A DNA stretch of 64,000 nucleotides from Candidatus Omnitrophota bacterium (GTDB lineage: Bacteria > Omnitrophota > Gorgyraeia > Duberdicusellales > 4484-171), in contig JAFGQU010000013.1 in assembly GCA_016935525.1 (NCBI GenBank), positions 90,523 to 154,522 of the forward strand, in the 5' to 3' direction. The number at the start of each line of letters is the position of its first letter. The first letter of the stretch is position 1. The notes beneath the pieces were generated by a model. It was not told the DNA's origin. It searched no databases and worked only from the letters and a program-made list of their open reading frames with translations. The position numbers and the translations under genes were made by a program. This document shows, one piece after another, positions 18,541 to 26,979 of this stretch.

Positions 18541-18566
18541 GTGTGACCTTGTGACTTTGTGACCTT
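18541..18566. repeat. TGTGAC tandem repeat (reverse orientation of the GTCACA family)
   Basis: gtgtgaccttgtgactttgtgacc. Confidence 0.75.
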
Positions 18567-18570
18567 CATA

Positions 18571-18613
18571 TCTGCGATCATCTGGGGTTTTTCCTTCTGT
18601 GATCATCTGCGTG
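18571..18613. repeat. TGTGATCATCTG-type repeat pair
   Basis: tctgcgatcatctg ... ctgtgatcatctgcgtg. The same motif recurs at 21844-21882. Confidence 0.65.
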
Positions 18614-18619
18614 AAAGTA

Positions 18620-18648
18620 TTGACAAGCCGGGGATATGTCCTATAATA
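18620..18648 (+). promoter_or_regulatory. sigma70 promoter (TTGACA-17nt-TATAAT) of the regulator/PAPS operon
   Basis: Consensus TTGACA at 18620-18625 and consensus TATAAT at 18643-18648 with a 17-nt spacer. The MarR-like gene ATG is at 18656. Confidence 0.7.
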
Positions 18649-18655
18649 TTGTTCA

Positions 18656-19069
18656 ATGTTTGAACAATCTCCGGATAAAAAGAACAATGGTGCTGCCGAA
18701 TTAGAACGGGAAGAGATACTCAATCTCCTCTCCGAACTCCATAAAACCCCGGACATCACCCAACGGGAGATGTCTTTGCGGCTGGATGTCTCCTTGGGGA
18801 AAGTCAATTATCTTCTTAACGCCCTTATTAAAAGGGGACTTTTAAGTATCAAAAATTTCTCGAAAAACGAAGGTAAAGTAAAACTCAAACGGGTCAAATA
18901 TAACCTTACGAAAAAAGGGTTTCAGGAGAAACTCAAACTTACCTACCACTTTCTCAAGAAAAAAGAAAAAGAATTCAACCGGTTATGTGAAGAATGGGAA
19001 GACCTGAAAAATCTTTCCGAAACCCTGCAGAAAGCCGGGATCGAGTTGGAAGGGGGGAGCAAACGATGA
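18656..19069 (+). CDS. small winged-helix transcriptional regulator, MarR-like (EPS-associated type)
   Basis: 137 aa. The central region [30 protein letters not shown] reads as HTH then wing. The size and layout resemble the MarR-family regulators that accompany PEP-CTERM/EPS loci. Its stop overlaps the start of sat/cysC. Confidence 0.55.
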   Translation: MFEQSPDKKNNGAAELEREEILNLLSELHKTPDITQREMSLRLDVSLGKVNYLLNALIKRGLLSIKNFSKNEGKVKLKRVKYNLTKKGFQEKLKLTYHFLKKKEKEFNRLCEEWEDLKNLSETLQKAGIELEGGSKR

Positions 19070-20958
19070 ACGATGACCTTATGATCTCCGCGCACGGCGG
19101 ACGTGGGCTGATCAACCGGACGATCCCGGAGATAGAACGGGACCATTTTATCGAAAAAGTCTTAAAGCATAAAGTCTATACGATACGTAACGCGGATCTC
19201 GCGACATTTTACCGTATTGCCGACGGAACGCTTTCTCCGTTAGAAGGGCCGATGGGTAAAGATGAATTTTACCGGGTATTAGAAGATGAGATTATCGAAC
19301 GGGATGGAAAAAAATATGCCTGGACGATTCCGCTTGCTTTTCCTGTCGGTAAAAAGGAAAGTAAACAATTTGAGGTGGGTGAGACGATCGCGATAAAAAA
19401 CGAACACGGCCAGATCGTAGGAGCTTTAGAGGTCTCCGATATCTATCCGTTCGATAAGAAACTTTATAATAAATCGGTCTATGGAACCGAACGGACCGGT
19501 CATCCCGGGCCGCGTATCGTCAATGATGACGCCAGAGATCATCTTTTAGGCGGGAAGATCTGGGCGATCAAAGAGCCTCTTCATCCGGTATATGGGAAAT
19601 ATATGCTTTCGCCGGAAGAAACGCGAGCATTATTTACCGAACGTGCATGGGGCAAGGTCGTCGCGTTTCAGACCAGGAATCCCCTGCATCGCGCTCATGA
19701 ATATACTATGGTCTATGCGGCCGAGACCTTGACCAAAGAAGGATTTTTTACCGGAGTCGTCCTTAACCCGCTGGTCGGTACGACTAAAAGTGACGATGTT
19801 CCGGCAGAAATAAGGATGAGGACGTATGAATCATTACTTAAACATAGATTGATCGGCTATGGAGATAAGAACGAAAAATTCTGGGAAGAGAAAGGATATG
19901 ACCTGTGTGATCAGCTCGTATTGGTCGGATTAGACATAAAAATGTTTTATGCCGGCCCGAAAGAGGCGGTTATGCACGCGATCTACCGGCAAAACCTGGG
20001 ATTTACCCACCTCATTATCGGCCGGCGTCATGCCGACGCTCCGTTTGATGACGGTAAACAGGTATGGGGCGATTTTGACGCGCAGGAGAAATTCGAACAG
20101 TTAAACGGTGAGTTGCTTATCCGGCCTTTAAAGGTAGGGTTTGCCGCTTATTATGAGGAACTGGGCCGGGTAGGGTTGATGGATGAGTATAAAGAGAAAG
20201 GGTACCACACGATAAGTATCAGCGGAAAAGAATTAAGAAAAAAACTGAATTCCGGGGACGATATCGATGAACGGATCATGCGTAAACCGGTTGCCGATAT
20301 TTTACGTGAATTCTACGCTGACCGTCAAAAAGAAGAGACCAAAACTAAAAGTACGAATATTACCTGGCATGATGTAAAAGTCACCAAAAAAGAACGGGAA
20401 TTACGTAATAAACATCGCGGCGCGGTCATCTGGATGACCGGGCTTTCGGCGTGCGGGAAATCGACGATCGCGGTCAAACTTCAGTCGCAACTGTTTACCC
20501 GGGGTGTAAACGTCTATGTGCTTGACGGTGATAATGTCCGGCACGGGTTGAACAAAAACCTGGGTTTCTCGCCCGAGGACCGTACCGAAAATATACGCCG
20601 GATCGCGGAAGTCGCGAAACTCTTTGCCGATGCCGGGTTTTTGGTGATTACCTCCTTTATCTCTCCTTACCGGCGTGACCGGGACGCGGCAAGAGCATTA
20701 TTAGGAGATGGAGACTTTATCGAGGTGTTTGTGAACACCTCGTTAGAAGAATGTGAAAAAAGAGACCCTAAAGGCCTTTATAAAAAAGCGCGGAAGGGTG
20801 AGGTGAAAGAATTTACCGGGATATCCGCGCCGTATGAAGAACCGGAAAATCCGGAAGTGATCATTAAGACCGAGAACGAGACCAAAGAAGAAAGCGCTCA
20901 GTTTTTGGTCAATTGGTTAGAAGAAAAAGGCTATATACCACGCAGCGTAGTCGTATAA
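19066..20958 (+). CDS. sat/cysC: bifunctional sulfate adenylyltransferase (ATP sulfurylase) / adenylylsulfate kinase, PAPS synthase
   Basis: The N-terminal two-thirds carries [10 protein letters not shown] and GRRHAD-type ATP-sulfurylase motifs. The C-terminal third carries [16 protein letters not shown] (P-loop) and the [13 protein letters not shown]-kinase motif. Confidence 0.85.
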   Translation: MNDDLMISAHGGRGLINRTIPEIERDHFIEKVLKHKVYTIRNADLATFYRIADGTLSPLEGPMGKDEFYRVLEDEIIERDGKKYAWTIPLAFPVGKKESKQFEVGETIAIKNEHGQIVGALEVSDIYPFDKKLYNKSVYGTERTGHPGPRIVNDDARDHLLGGKIWAIKEPLHPVYGKYMLSPEETRALFTERAWGKVVAFQTRNPLHRAHEYTMVYAAETLTKEGFFTGVVLNPLVGTTKSDDVPAEIRMRTYESLLKHRLIGYGDKNEKFWEEKGYDLCDQLVLVGLDIKMFYAGPKEAVMHAIYRQNLGFTHLIIGRRHADAPFDDGKQVWGDFDAQEKFEQLNGELLIRPLKVGFAAYYEELGRVGLMDEYKEKGYHTISISGKELRKKLNSGDDIDERIMRKPVADILREFYADRQKEETKTKSTNITWHDVKVTKKERELRNKHRGAVIWMTGLSACGKSTIAVKLQSQLFTRGVNVYVLDGDNVRHGLNKNLGFSPEDRTENIRRIAEVAKLFADAGFLVITSFISPYRRDRDAARALLGDGDFIEVFVNTSLEECEKRDPKGLYKKARKGEVKEFTGISAPYEEPENPEVIIKTENETKEESAQFLVNWLEEKGYIPRSVVV

Positions 20959-21018
20959 TCGTGAAGGAATGGCCGTAAAATAGATGGAAATACAGTCGCA
21001 ATACGATAGAAATGCATG

Positions 21019-21053
21019 GAAATACAATTGTATTTCAACGTATTTCGCGAAAT
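21019..21053. promoter_or_regulatory. two adjacent perfect palindromes upstream of the second APS kinase gene
   Basis: GAAATACAATTGTATTTC is an 18-bp perfect palindrome at 21019-21036. ATTTCGCGAAAT is a 12-bp perfect palindrome at 21042-21053. Both are embedded in a gaaatac-rich region spanning 20960-21098. Confidence 0.6.
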
Positions 21054-21098
21054 GGAATTGAGCATATTTCTATGTATTTCAAATCATAGGAGAGATAT

Positions 21099-21821
21099 GT
21101 GTTTCGGGAGACAAAACGCCGGTCAGCTTTAAAAACTATTTCCTGGCGCGTAGTCGCGACACTCACGACTACGTTGTTAGTGTTTATTTTTACCGGGAAA
21201 CTTTCTATCGCGATCACGGTAGGAAGTATTGAAGTCATCGCGAAACTGATATTTTATTTTTTCCATGAACGGATGTGGGATAAGATCAATTTCGGCCGCA
21301 GAGAATTAAATCCTTTCGTGATATGGCTTACGGGACTGCCGGCTTCCGGTAAAACTACGATCGGTGACGCGTTAGCCGGTGAATTAAAGAAAATGAACAT
21401 AAAAACCGAACGGCTCGATGCCCATCAGGTAAGAGATATTTTCCCGGAAGAAGGATTCTCCCGTGAAGAACGTAACCGGCATATCAAACGGGTAGGGCAC
21501 CTGGCGAGTGTGCTTGAGAAAAACAACGTGTGTGTGATCGCTTCGTTCATTTCGCCTTATACCGAAAGCCGTGATTTTGTGAGAGGGTTATGCAGGAACT
21601 TTGTCGAAGTGTATATATCGGTTTCGCTTGAAACCTGTCAAAAACGGGATTCCCGCGGGCTTTATGAAAAAGCAAGACGAGGCGAGATACAGAATTTTAC
21701 CGGGATTTCGGATACGTACGAAGAACCGGTGAATCCTGAGATCATAATTGATACCGACCATGAAACGATAGAGGAGAGTGTGAGAAAGATATCCTCTTTT
21801 GTAAAGAAGAAATATTTGTGA
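21099..21821 (+). CDS. cysC: adenylylsulfate kinase with N-terminal membrane (DUF2061-like) domain
   Basis: Residues 1-60 are hydrophobic with two TM helices. They are followed by VIWLTGLPASGKTTIG (P-loop) and the LDAHQVRD ... FISPY APS-kinase motifs. The C-terminal half aligns with the C-terminus of the upstream Sat/CysC (EVYISVSLETCQKRDSRGLYEKARRGEIQNFTGIS against [35 protein letters not shown]). Confidence 0.75.
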   Translation: MFRETKRRSALKTISWRVVATLTTTLLVFIFTGKLSIAITVGSIEVIAKLIFYFFHERMWDKINFGRRELNPFVIWLTGLPASGKTTIGDALAGELKKMNIKTERLDAHQVRDIFPEEGFSREERNRHIKRVGHLASVLEKNNVCVIASFISPYTESRDFVRGLCRNFVEVYISVSLETCQKRDSRGLYEKARRGEIQNFTGISDTYEEPVNPEIIIDTDHETIEESVRKISSFVKKKYL

Positions 21822-21843
21822 AAAGATTACAGTGATTTTAAAT

Positions 21844-21882
21844 CTGTGATCATCTGTGGTTATCATCAGCGATCATCAGTGC
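21844..21882. repeat. TGTGATCATCTG-type repeats (second locus)
   Basis: ctgtgatcatctgtggttatcatcagcgatcatcagtg. Confidence 0.65.
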
Positions 21883-21911
21883 ATGCCCGAAGGGCAACGT
21901 GTGACGAAGAT

Positions 21912-22769
21912 ATGAGAAATACATTAGGAAAAATATCGTTGGTAGATATTTTACGTATTGCCGAAAGGGCCGGACAAGAGATATTGACGGTCTATGGTTC
22001 CGCGTTTGAAGTAGAAAAAAAAGAAGATACATCGCCGTTGACGTTAGCCGATAAAAGATCGCATGCGTTGATCGTGAAGGAATTAGAAATGCGTTACCCG
22101 GACATTCCTATCCTTTCGGAAGAAGGCAAAGGAATCCCCTATGAGCAGAGAAAAAACTGGGAATATTTCTGGCTGGTAGATCCTCTGGACGGGACGAAAG
22201 AGTTCGTAAACCGCAACGGAGAATTTACCGTCAATATCGCTTTGATCCGTAATGCAAAATCTATATTAGGCGTAATCTATGTGCCGGTAAAAGATACGTT
22301 TTATTTTGCAAAAGAAGGCCAAGGAGCCTATAAATTGGAAGGCAGTAAGAAGTTGAAGACTGTCCATGATGAAGAGAGCCTTTTTAATATTTCCCAAAAG
22401 CTACCAACGACGAACGACGAACGACGATATACTATCATCGCCAGCCGTTCTCATCTGTCGGATGAGACAAAAAATTATATCGATAGTTTAAAAGGAACCC
22501 ATAGTGAGATTAGAATCGTATCTATCGGGAGTTCTCAGAAATTCTGTCTTATTGCCGAAGGGACCGCTGATTGTTATCCGCGGTTCGGCCCGACGATGGA
22601 ATGGGATACCGCTGCCGGACAGGTCATTGCCGAAGAAAGCGGCGCGACAATAATGATAGCCGAAGGAGGCGAACCGTTACGTTACAACAAAGAAAACCTT
22701 TTAAATCCCTGGTTCATCGTTCAACAGAAAAGCGTATTGTATTATTCAGAGGATGTGTTGAAAAAATGA
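21912..22769 (+). CDS. cysQ: 3'(2'),5'-bisphosphate nucleotidase CysQ (inositol monophosphatase family)
   Basis: WLVDPLDGTKEF is the metal-binding DPxDGT motif, and the overall IMPase fold is present. The location next to the PAPS-forming genes supports the call. Confidence 0.75.
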   Translation: MRNTLGKISLVDILRIAERAGQEILTVYGSAFEVEKKEDTSPLTLADKRSHALIVKELEMRYPDIPILSEEGKGIPYEQRKNWEYFWLVDPLDGTKEFVNRNGEFTVNIALIRNAKSILGVIYVPVKDTFYFAKEGQGAYKLEGSKKLKTVHDEESLFNISQKLPTTNDERRYTIIASRSHLSDETKNYIDSLKGTHSEIRIVSIGSSQKFCLIAEGTADCYPRFGPTMEWDTAAGQVIAEESGATIMIAEGGEPLRYNKENLLNPWFIVQQKSVLYYSEDVLKK

Positions 22770-22853
22770 ATAGGCTTCAACCACGGAGAACACAGAGGGT
22801 GCTGAGGTAAGATGAGAAGAGTTACTTTAAAAGTTTTAAATCTATTTGGTTTC

Positions 22854-22966
22854 GCGCTTTCAAGAACCATGAAAGCGCCGTCCTTCGTGAAAACCGCCGA
22901 AGCCGAAAAATCATATTTTTCGGTTCGATTCGGTTTTCATGAAGATGCCCCATCGAGTAACGATGG
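22854..22966 (+). other. structured intergenic leader with three consecutive perfect stem-loops (possible cis-regulatory RNA or small RNA)
   Basis: Hairpin 1 is GCGCTTTCA-agaacca-TGAAAGCGC at 22854-22878. Hairpin 2 is CCGAAAAAT-cat-ATTTTTCGG at 22903-22923. Hairpin 3 is CCATCG-agtaa-CGATGG at 22950-22966. The 65-aa ORF 22812-23009 that covers them has no recognisable protein features. Confidence 0.35.
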
Positions 22967-23092
22967 AGGAAACCAAATATTCTCGTATCCTCTCTGTGGA
23001 ACTCTGTGAGCTCTGTGTTTAAATTTTTTTTGGGTAAACAGATTTTTGCATTATGCAAGGATGTCAGGAATTGTAAAATAGTATAGTGAATG

Positions 23093-23154
23093 AATCGCCG
23101 TAATCATTTTTTAATCGTTGAAATCAGGCGCTGGTGTTATTATTCAACAGCGCC
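23093..23154. promoter_or_regulatory. AATCGCCGTAATC-type motif plus a 7-bp stem-loop directly upstream of gmd
   Basis: aatcgccgtaatca (same family as 14348 and 16881), then aatcgttgaaatca, then the hairpin GGCGCTG-N14-CAGCGCC at 23127-23154. The RBS AGGAGG and a GTG start at 23168 follow immediately. Confidence 0.5.
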
Positions 23155-23167
23155 ATAGGAGGGCAAC

Positions 23168-24193
23168 GTGAAAAAAGCGTTGATCACCGGTATTACCGGC
23201 CAGGACGGAAGTTATTTAGCCGAATTATTGCTTGAAAAAGGATATGAAGTGTATGGATTGGTACGCCGGGTCGCTTTTGAAGACCAGGCTCATCGCATGA
23301 CCAGGATCCTGCATATTAAAGATAACCTTGATCTTGTCGCCGGTTCAGTAGAAAGTTTTCCCAGTATTTATAAAATAGTTCAGCAAGTCAGGCCTGATGA
23401 AGTATACCATCTGGCCGCGCAGAGTTTTGTCTCTTACAGTTTCGATGATGAATTCTCTACCTTACAGACCAATATCAACGGTACTCACCATATCCTTTCG
23501 GCGTGTAAAGACCTTAATACTCCGGTACGGGTCTATTTCGCCGGTTCAAGCGAGATGTTCGGCCAGGTAAGAGAAGTCCCGCAGAAAGAGACAACCCCGT
23601 TTCATCCCCGTTCCCCTTATGGGGTTTCTAAAGTGACCGGATTCGAACTTACTAGAAATTACCGGGAAGCGTACGGTATGTTTACCTGTAACGGGATCCT
23701 GTTTAATCACGAATCGCCTCGGCGGGGTTATGAGTTTGTCACCAGGAAAATTACCTCATCAGTGATCAATATTAAATCCGGTACACAGGATACACTGCTT
23801 CTGGGGAACCTCGATGCCAAACGGGACTGGGGATTTGCCGGTGATTATGTGAAAGCGATGTGGCTTATGCTCCAGCAGGATACCCCGGATGATTATGTGG
23901 TCGCAACCGGTGAGGCCCATACCGTGAGAGAATTTGCCGGGCTCGCTTTTAAATACGCCGGGTTCGATATCACATGGGAAGGGAAAGGGACTGATGAGAA
24001 AGGTATCGATACACATACCGGTAAAGTAGTGGTCGAGGTGGATACACAGTTTTTCCGTCCGGCGGAAGTGAACCTTTTGATCGGCGATTATAGTAAAGCA
24101 AAAAAAATATTAGGATGGAAACCACAGGTGACGTTTGAAGGATTAGTAAAAATGATGGTTGAATCCGATCGGGAGGCATATGGATCATCGTAA
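23168..24193 (+). CDS. gmd: GDP-mannose 4,6-dehydratase
   Basis: 341 aa. ALITGITGQDGSYLAELLLEKGYEVYGLVRR and the downstream YxxxK / ETTPFHPRSPYGVSK region are near-canonical for Gmd. Confidence 0.95.
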   Translation: MKKALITGITGQDGSYLAELLLEKGYEVYGLVRRVAFEDQAHRMTRILHIKDNLDLVAGSVESFPSIYKIVQQVRPDEVYHLAAQSFVSYSFDDEFSTLQTNINGTHHILSACKDLNTPVRVYFAGSSEMFGQVREVPQKETTPFHPRSPYGVSKVTGFELTRNYREAYGMFTCNGILFNHESPRRGYEFVTRKITSSVINIKSGTQDTLLLGNLDAKRDWGFAGDYVKAMWLMLQQDTPDDYVVATGEAHTVREFAGLAFKYAGFDITWEGKGTDEKGIDTHTGKVVVEVDTQFFRPAEVNLLIGDYSKAKKILGWKPQVTFEGLVKMMVESDREAYGSS

Positions 24194-25016
24194 GGTTCTT
24201 ATATTAGGTAAAGGTTTTATCGGGACAAGGATCTGTCAGGAACTACAGTGCGATATCGATGAAGAGATGATATCCCGTTACGAAGATGCCGAAAAACTGG
24301 TCAAAAAACATAATCCTAAAATATTGATCAACTGTATCGGTTTTACCGGCACAAAAAACGTCGATGGGTGCGAAGAGAAAAAAAATCAGACCCTTCTTGC
24401 CAACGTATTCATACCGATCATGCTGGCTGAAGTCGCGTTACGTCACGATATCAAATTCGTCCATATCAGTTCCGGCTGTATCTATCATTATGATTTTGAG
24501 CGTGACGAACCGATTCCAGAGATTAAACCGCCCGATTTTTTCGACCTTTTTTACAGCCGCAGCAAGATGTACTGTGAAGGCTCCTTAGGTATGATAGAAG
24601 AAAAATACCGGATGCTTGCGTTACGATTACGTATTCCGCTCGATGACCGGCCGCATCCGCGGAATCTCTTGACTAAACTGATCTCGTTTGGCCGGGTCAT
24701 CGATATCCCTAATTCGATAAGTTATATTCCCGATTTTATAGAGATGTTACGGCATCTGATCGAAAAAGACGCTTTCGGTATATATAATACGGTAAATAAA
24801 GGGGCTTTGAGGTATCCCGAACTTCTTGACGTATACAAAAAATACCGGCCGGATTTTGATTATTCGGTGATCCCCATAAAAGACCTTAATTTAGTGAGGA
24901 CGAATCTGGTCCTTTCTACGGAGAAATTGGAAAAAAGCGGGTTTCACGTACGCGATATTAATGAGATATTAGAGGAATGTGTCGGTACATATTTAGAAAG
25001 TGAGGTTGCAAAATGA
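24180..25016 (+). CDS. SDR-fold NAD(P)-dependent sugar-nucleotide reductase/epimerase (RmlD/Rmd-like)
   Basis: GxGxxG-like VLILGKGFIGTRI at the N-terminus, about 278 aa. Its position right after gmd suggests a GDP-4-keto-6-deoxymannose reductase or a related enzyme. Confidence 0.55.
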   Translation: MDHRKVLILGKGFIGTRICQELQCDIDEEMISRYEDAEKLVKKHNPKILINCIGFTGTKNVDGCEEKKNQTLLANVFIPIMLAEVALRHDIKFVHISSGCIYHYDFERDEPIPEIKPPDFFDLFYSRSKMYCEGSLGMIEEKYRMLALRLRIPLDDRPHPRNLLTKLISFGRVIDIPNSISYIPDFIEMLRHLIEKDAFGIYNTVNKGALRYPELLDVYKKYRPDFDYSVIPIKDLNLVRTNLVLSTEKLEKSGFHVRDINEILEECVGTYLESEVAK

Positions 25017-26026
25017 AGTTTACCATCGGATTTGAAAAAGAAGACATGAAAGTATTACACCGTTATTGGGATGAGATCGTCGAATCACAACGATGGAGTG
25101 AATGGAAATTTACTCAAAGTTTTGAAGAAAAATGGAACGCGTTGCATAATACAACATCCGTCGCTTTTTCCAGCTGGGGCGGCGCGGCCTTGGCGGCTCT
25201 TGAGTTTTTTAAGATAAAAGGGAAAACCGTTCTTTGTCCATCGAATACGTTTATGGCGACACCGCTGAGCGCGGTAAAAGCCGGAGCGCAGGTCGAATTT
25301 GTCGATTGCCGCCGCGATGATCTATGTGTTGATATTGAAGATCTGAAGAAAAAAATAGAAAAATATAAACCGGCAGCCGTATGGGTTGTCCATATCGGCG
25401 GGCATATCTCTTTTGCGATAGAAGAGATCGCCCGATTCTGTAAAACCAAAGGGATCATTCTTTTGGAAGATTGCGCTCATGCCCATGGCGCGTCTTGGAA
25501 CGGAAAAGCCGCTGGTACCTGGGGAGATGCGGGAATATACTCGTTTTACGCGACAAAGACGATTTCTACCGGTGAAGGAGGGATGTTGGTGACCAAACAT
25601 CAGGCGTTGGCCGATTACGCGAAAGCGTACCGTAATTACGGGAAATTTGATTATAAAGTAGAAGGGTTGAATTACCGGATGAGCGAGTTTACCGCGGCTA
25701 TGGGGTGCGTACAGTCCGATAGATTGAACGATATTGTCAGTTGGAAAAACGAATATGCCGCTAAATATCTCGATCCGCAGTATCCCAACCGTATAAAATT
25801 TCCCGAAGGGATGGTGTCGGGATATTATAAATATATCGTGTTTGAGGAAATAGAGAAATCGACCGGGAAAGTATATGACCAACCCTGCCATAAGATCATG
25901 GGTAAAGATTACGAATTACCCAATACCGAATGGGTAGCTCAACATCATTGGTGTGTTCCTTTATATTATAAAGGAGCGGATTTAGAGCTTGCCGGATCAG
26001 TAGAAGAAAGGAGCGTGCAATCATGA
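25013..26026 (+). CDS. DegT/DnrJ/EryC1/StrS-family PLP-dependent sugar aminotransferase
   Basis: FYATKTISTGEGGMLVT contains the PLP-lysine motif (K in ATKTIS). The downstream Y(R)NYG region is also present. Confidence 0.8.
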   Translation: MKFTIGFEKEDMKVLHRYWDEIVESQRWSEWKFTQSFEEKWNALHNTTSVAFSSWGGAALAALEFFKIKGKTVLCPSNTFMATPLSAVKAGAQVEFVDCRRDDLCVDIEDLKKKIEKYKPAAVWVVHIGGHISFAIEEIARFCKTKGIILLEDCAHAHGASWNGKAAGTWGDAGIYSFYATKTISTGEGGMLVTKHQALADYAKAYRNYGKFDYKVEGLNYRMSEFTAAMGCVQSDRLNDIVSWKNEYAAKYLDPQYPNRIKFPEGMVSGYYKYIVFEEIEKSTGKVYDQPCHKIMGKDYELPNTEWVAQHHWCVPLYYKGADLELAGSVEERSVQS

Positions 26027-26979
26027 AAGTATTAGTCACCGGAGGGTCAGGATTTATCGGGTCACATGTAGTTGATAAACTCCGTGATAAAGGGGTCGAA
26101 GTGAGAATATTCGATATGGTATTCCCCGCGTTTCGCAGTGATATCGAATATTATCAGGGCAGTTTGTTGGATTTTGAGACGGTACGGATGTCGATGAACG
26201 GTATTGACGCGGTATTACATCTGGGCGCGGTGGCTGACGTGAACTTTGTGTTTGCCGAACCGCATTATTCCGAATCGATCAATGTGCGCGGGACGATCAA
26301 TGTGTTAGAAGCCGCGCGCCGGGCGAAAGTGAAAAGAATCGTCTACGGCAGTACTACCTGGGTATACAGTGAAGCCGAAGGGACTCATGTGAACGAGAAT
26401 ACTCCGTTACATGCTCCCTCGCATCTTTATACCGCGACCAAGATGGCCGGAGAATTTTACTGTAAGACGTATAGTAAATTGTACGATCTTGAAGTAACGA
26501 TCCTTCGTTACGGTATCCCTTACGGCCCGCGGGCGCGCGATGCGGCGGTGATCCCTATTTTTGTCCGGAAAGCGTTAAGCGGTGAGGCGCTCACGATTGC
26601 CGGAGACGGTTCACAGTTCCGTAAATTCGTATATGTTGAAGATTTAGCTGAAGGGAATGCCCTTGGGCTTAAATCTATCGCGAAAAATAAAACCTATAAT
26701 CTCGACGGCCAGGAAAAAGTCACGATCAAACAGATCGCCGAAACGATTAAGAAGATCATCGGTAACGTGAAGATCGAATATGTCCCGGCCCGGCCGGGTG
26801 ATTTTTCCGGAAAAGAAGTCTCAAGTATTATGGCGAAAGAAGAATTGAACTGGGAACCGAAAGTGCCTTTTGAAGAAGGAGTACGCCGCTATATCGATTG
26901 GTATAAACAACGGGAAGAATACCGTAAACGTGCCTGGGATAATCTGGATGATACTTTAAAAGAAGGCGCGTTACGATGA
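26023..26979 (+). CDS. NAD-dependent epimerase/dehydratase (extended SDR; UDP-sugar 4-epimerase-like)
   Basis: VLVTGGSGFIGSHVVDKL Rossmann motif and YxxxK (YTATKMAGE). Confidence 0.8.
   Translation: MKVLVTGGSGFIGSHVVDKLRDKGVEVRIFDMVFPAFRSDIEYYQGSLLDFETVRMSMNGIDAVLHLGAVADVNFVFAEPHYSESINVRGTINVLEAARRAKVKRIVYGSTTWVYSEAEGTHVNENTPLHAPSHLYTATKMAGEFYCKTYSKLYDLEVTILRYGIPYGPRARDAAVIPIFVRKALSGEALTIAGDGSQFRKFVYVEDLAEGNALGLKSIAKNKTYNLDGQEKVTIKQIAETIKKIIGNVKIEYVPARPGDFSGKEVSSIMAKEELNWEPKVPFEEGVRRYIDWYKQREEYRKRAWDNLDDTLKEGALR

Noticed and set aside
5239-18566. Whether the GTCACA arrays are CRISPR arrays
   Set aside because: The units are 6-8 nt with no unique spacers of 25-40 nt between constant repeats. 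They form inverted-repeat hairpins instead. No cas genes are present.
22812-23009. 65-aa + strand ORF between cysQ and gmd
   Set aside because: Its translation has no recognisable features and the DNA is dominated by three perfect hairpins. It reads better as a structured non-coding leader. I kept it as a low-confidence 'other' feature rather than a CDS.
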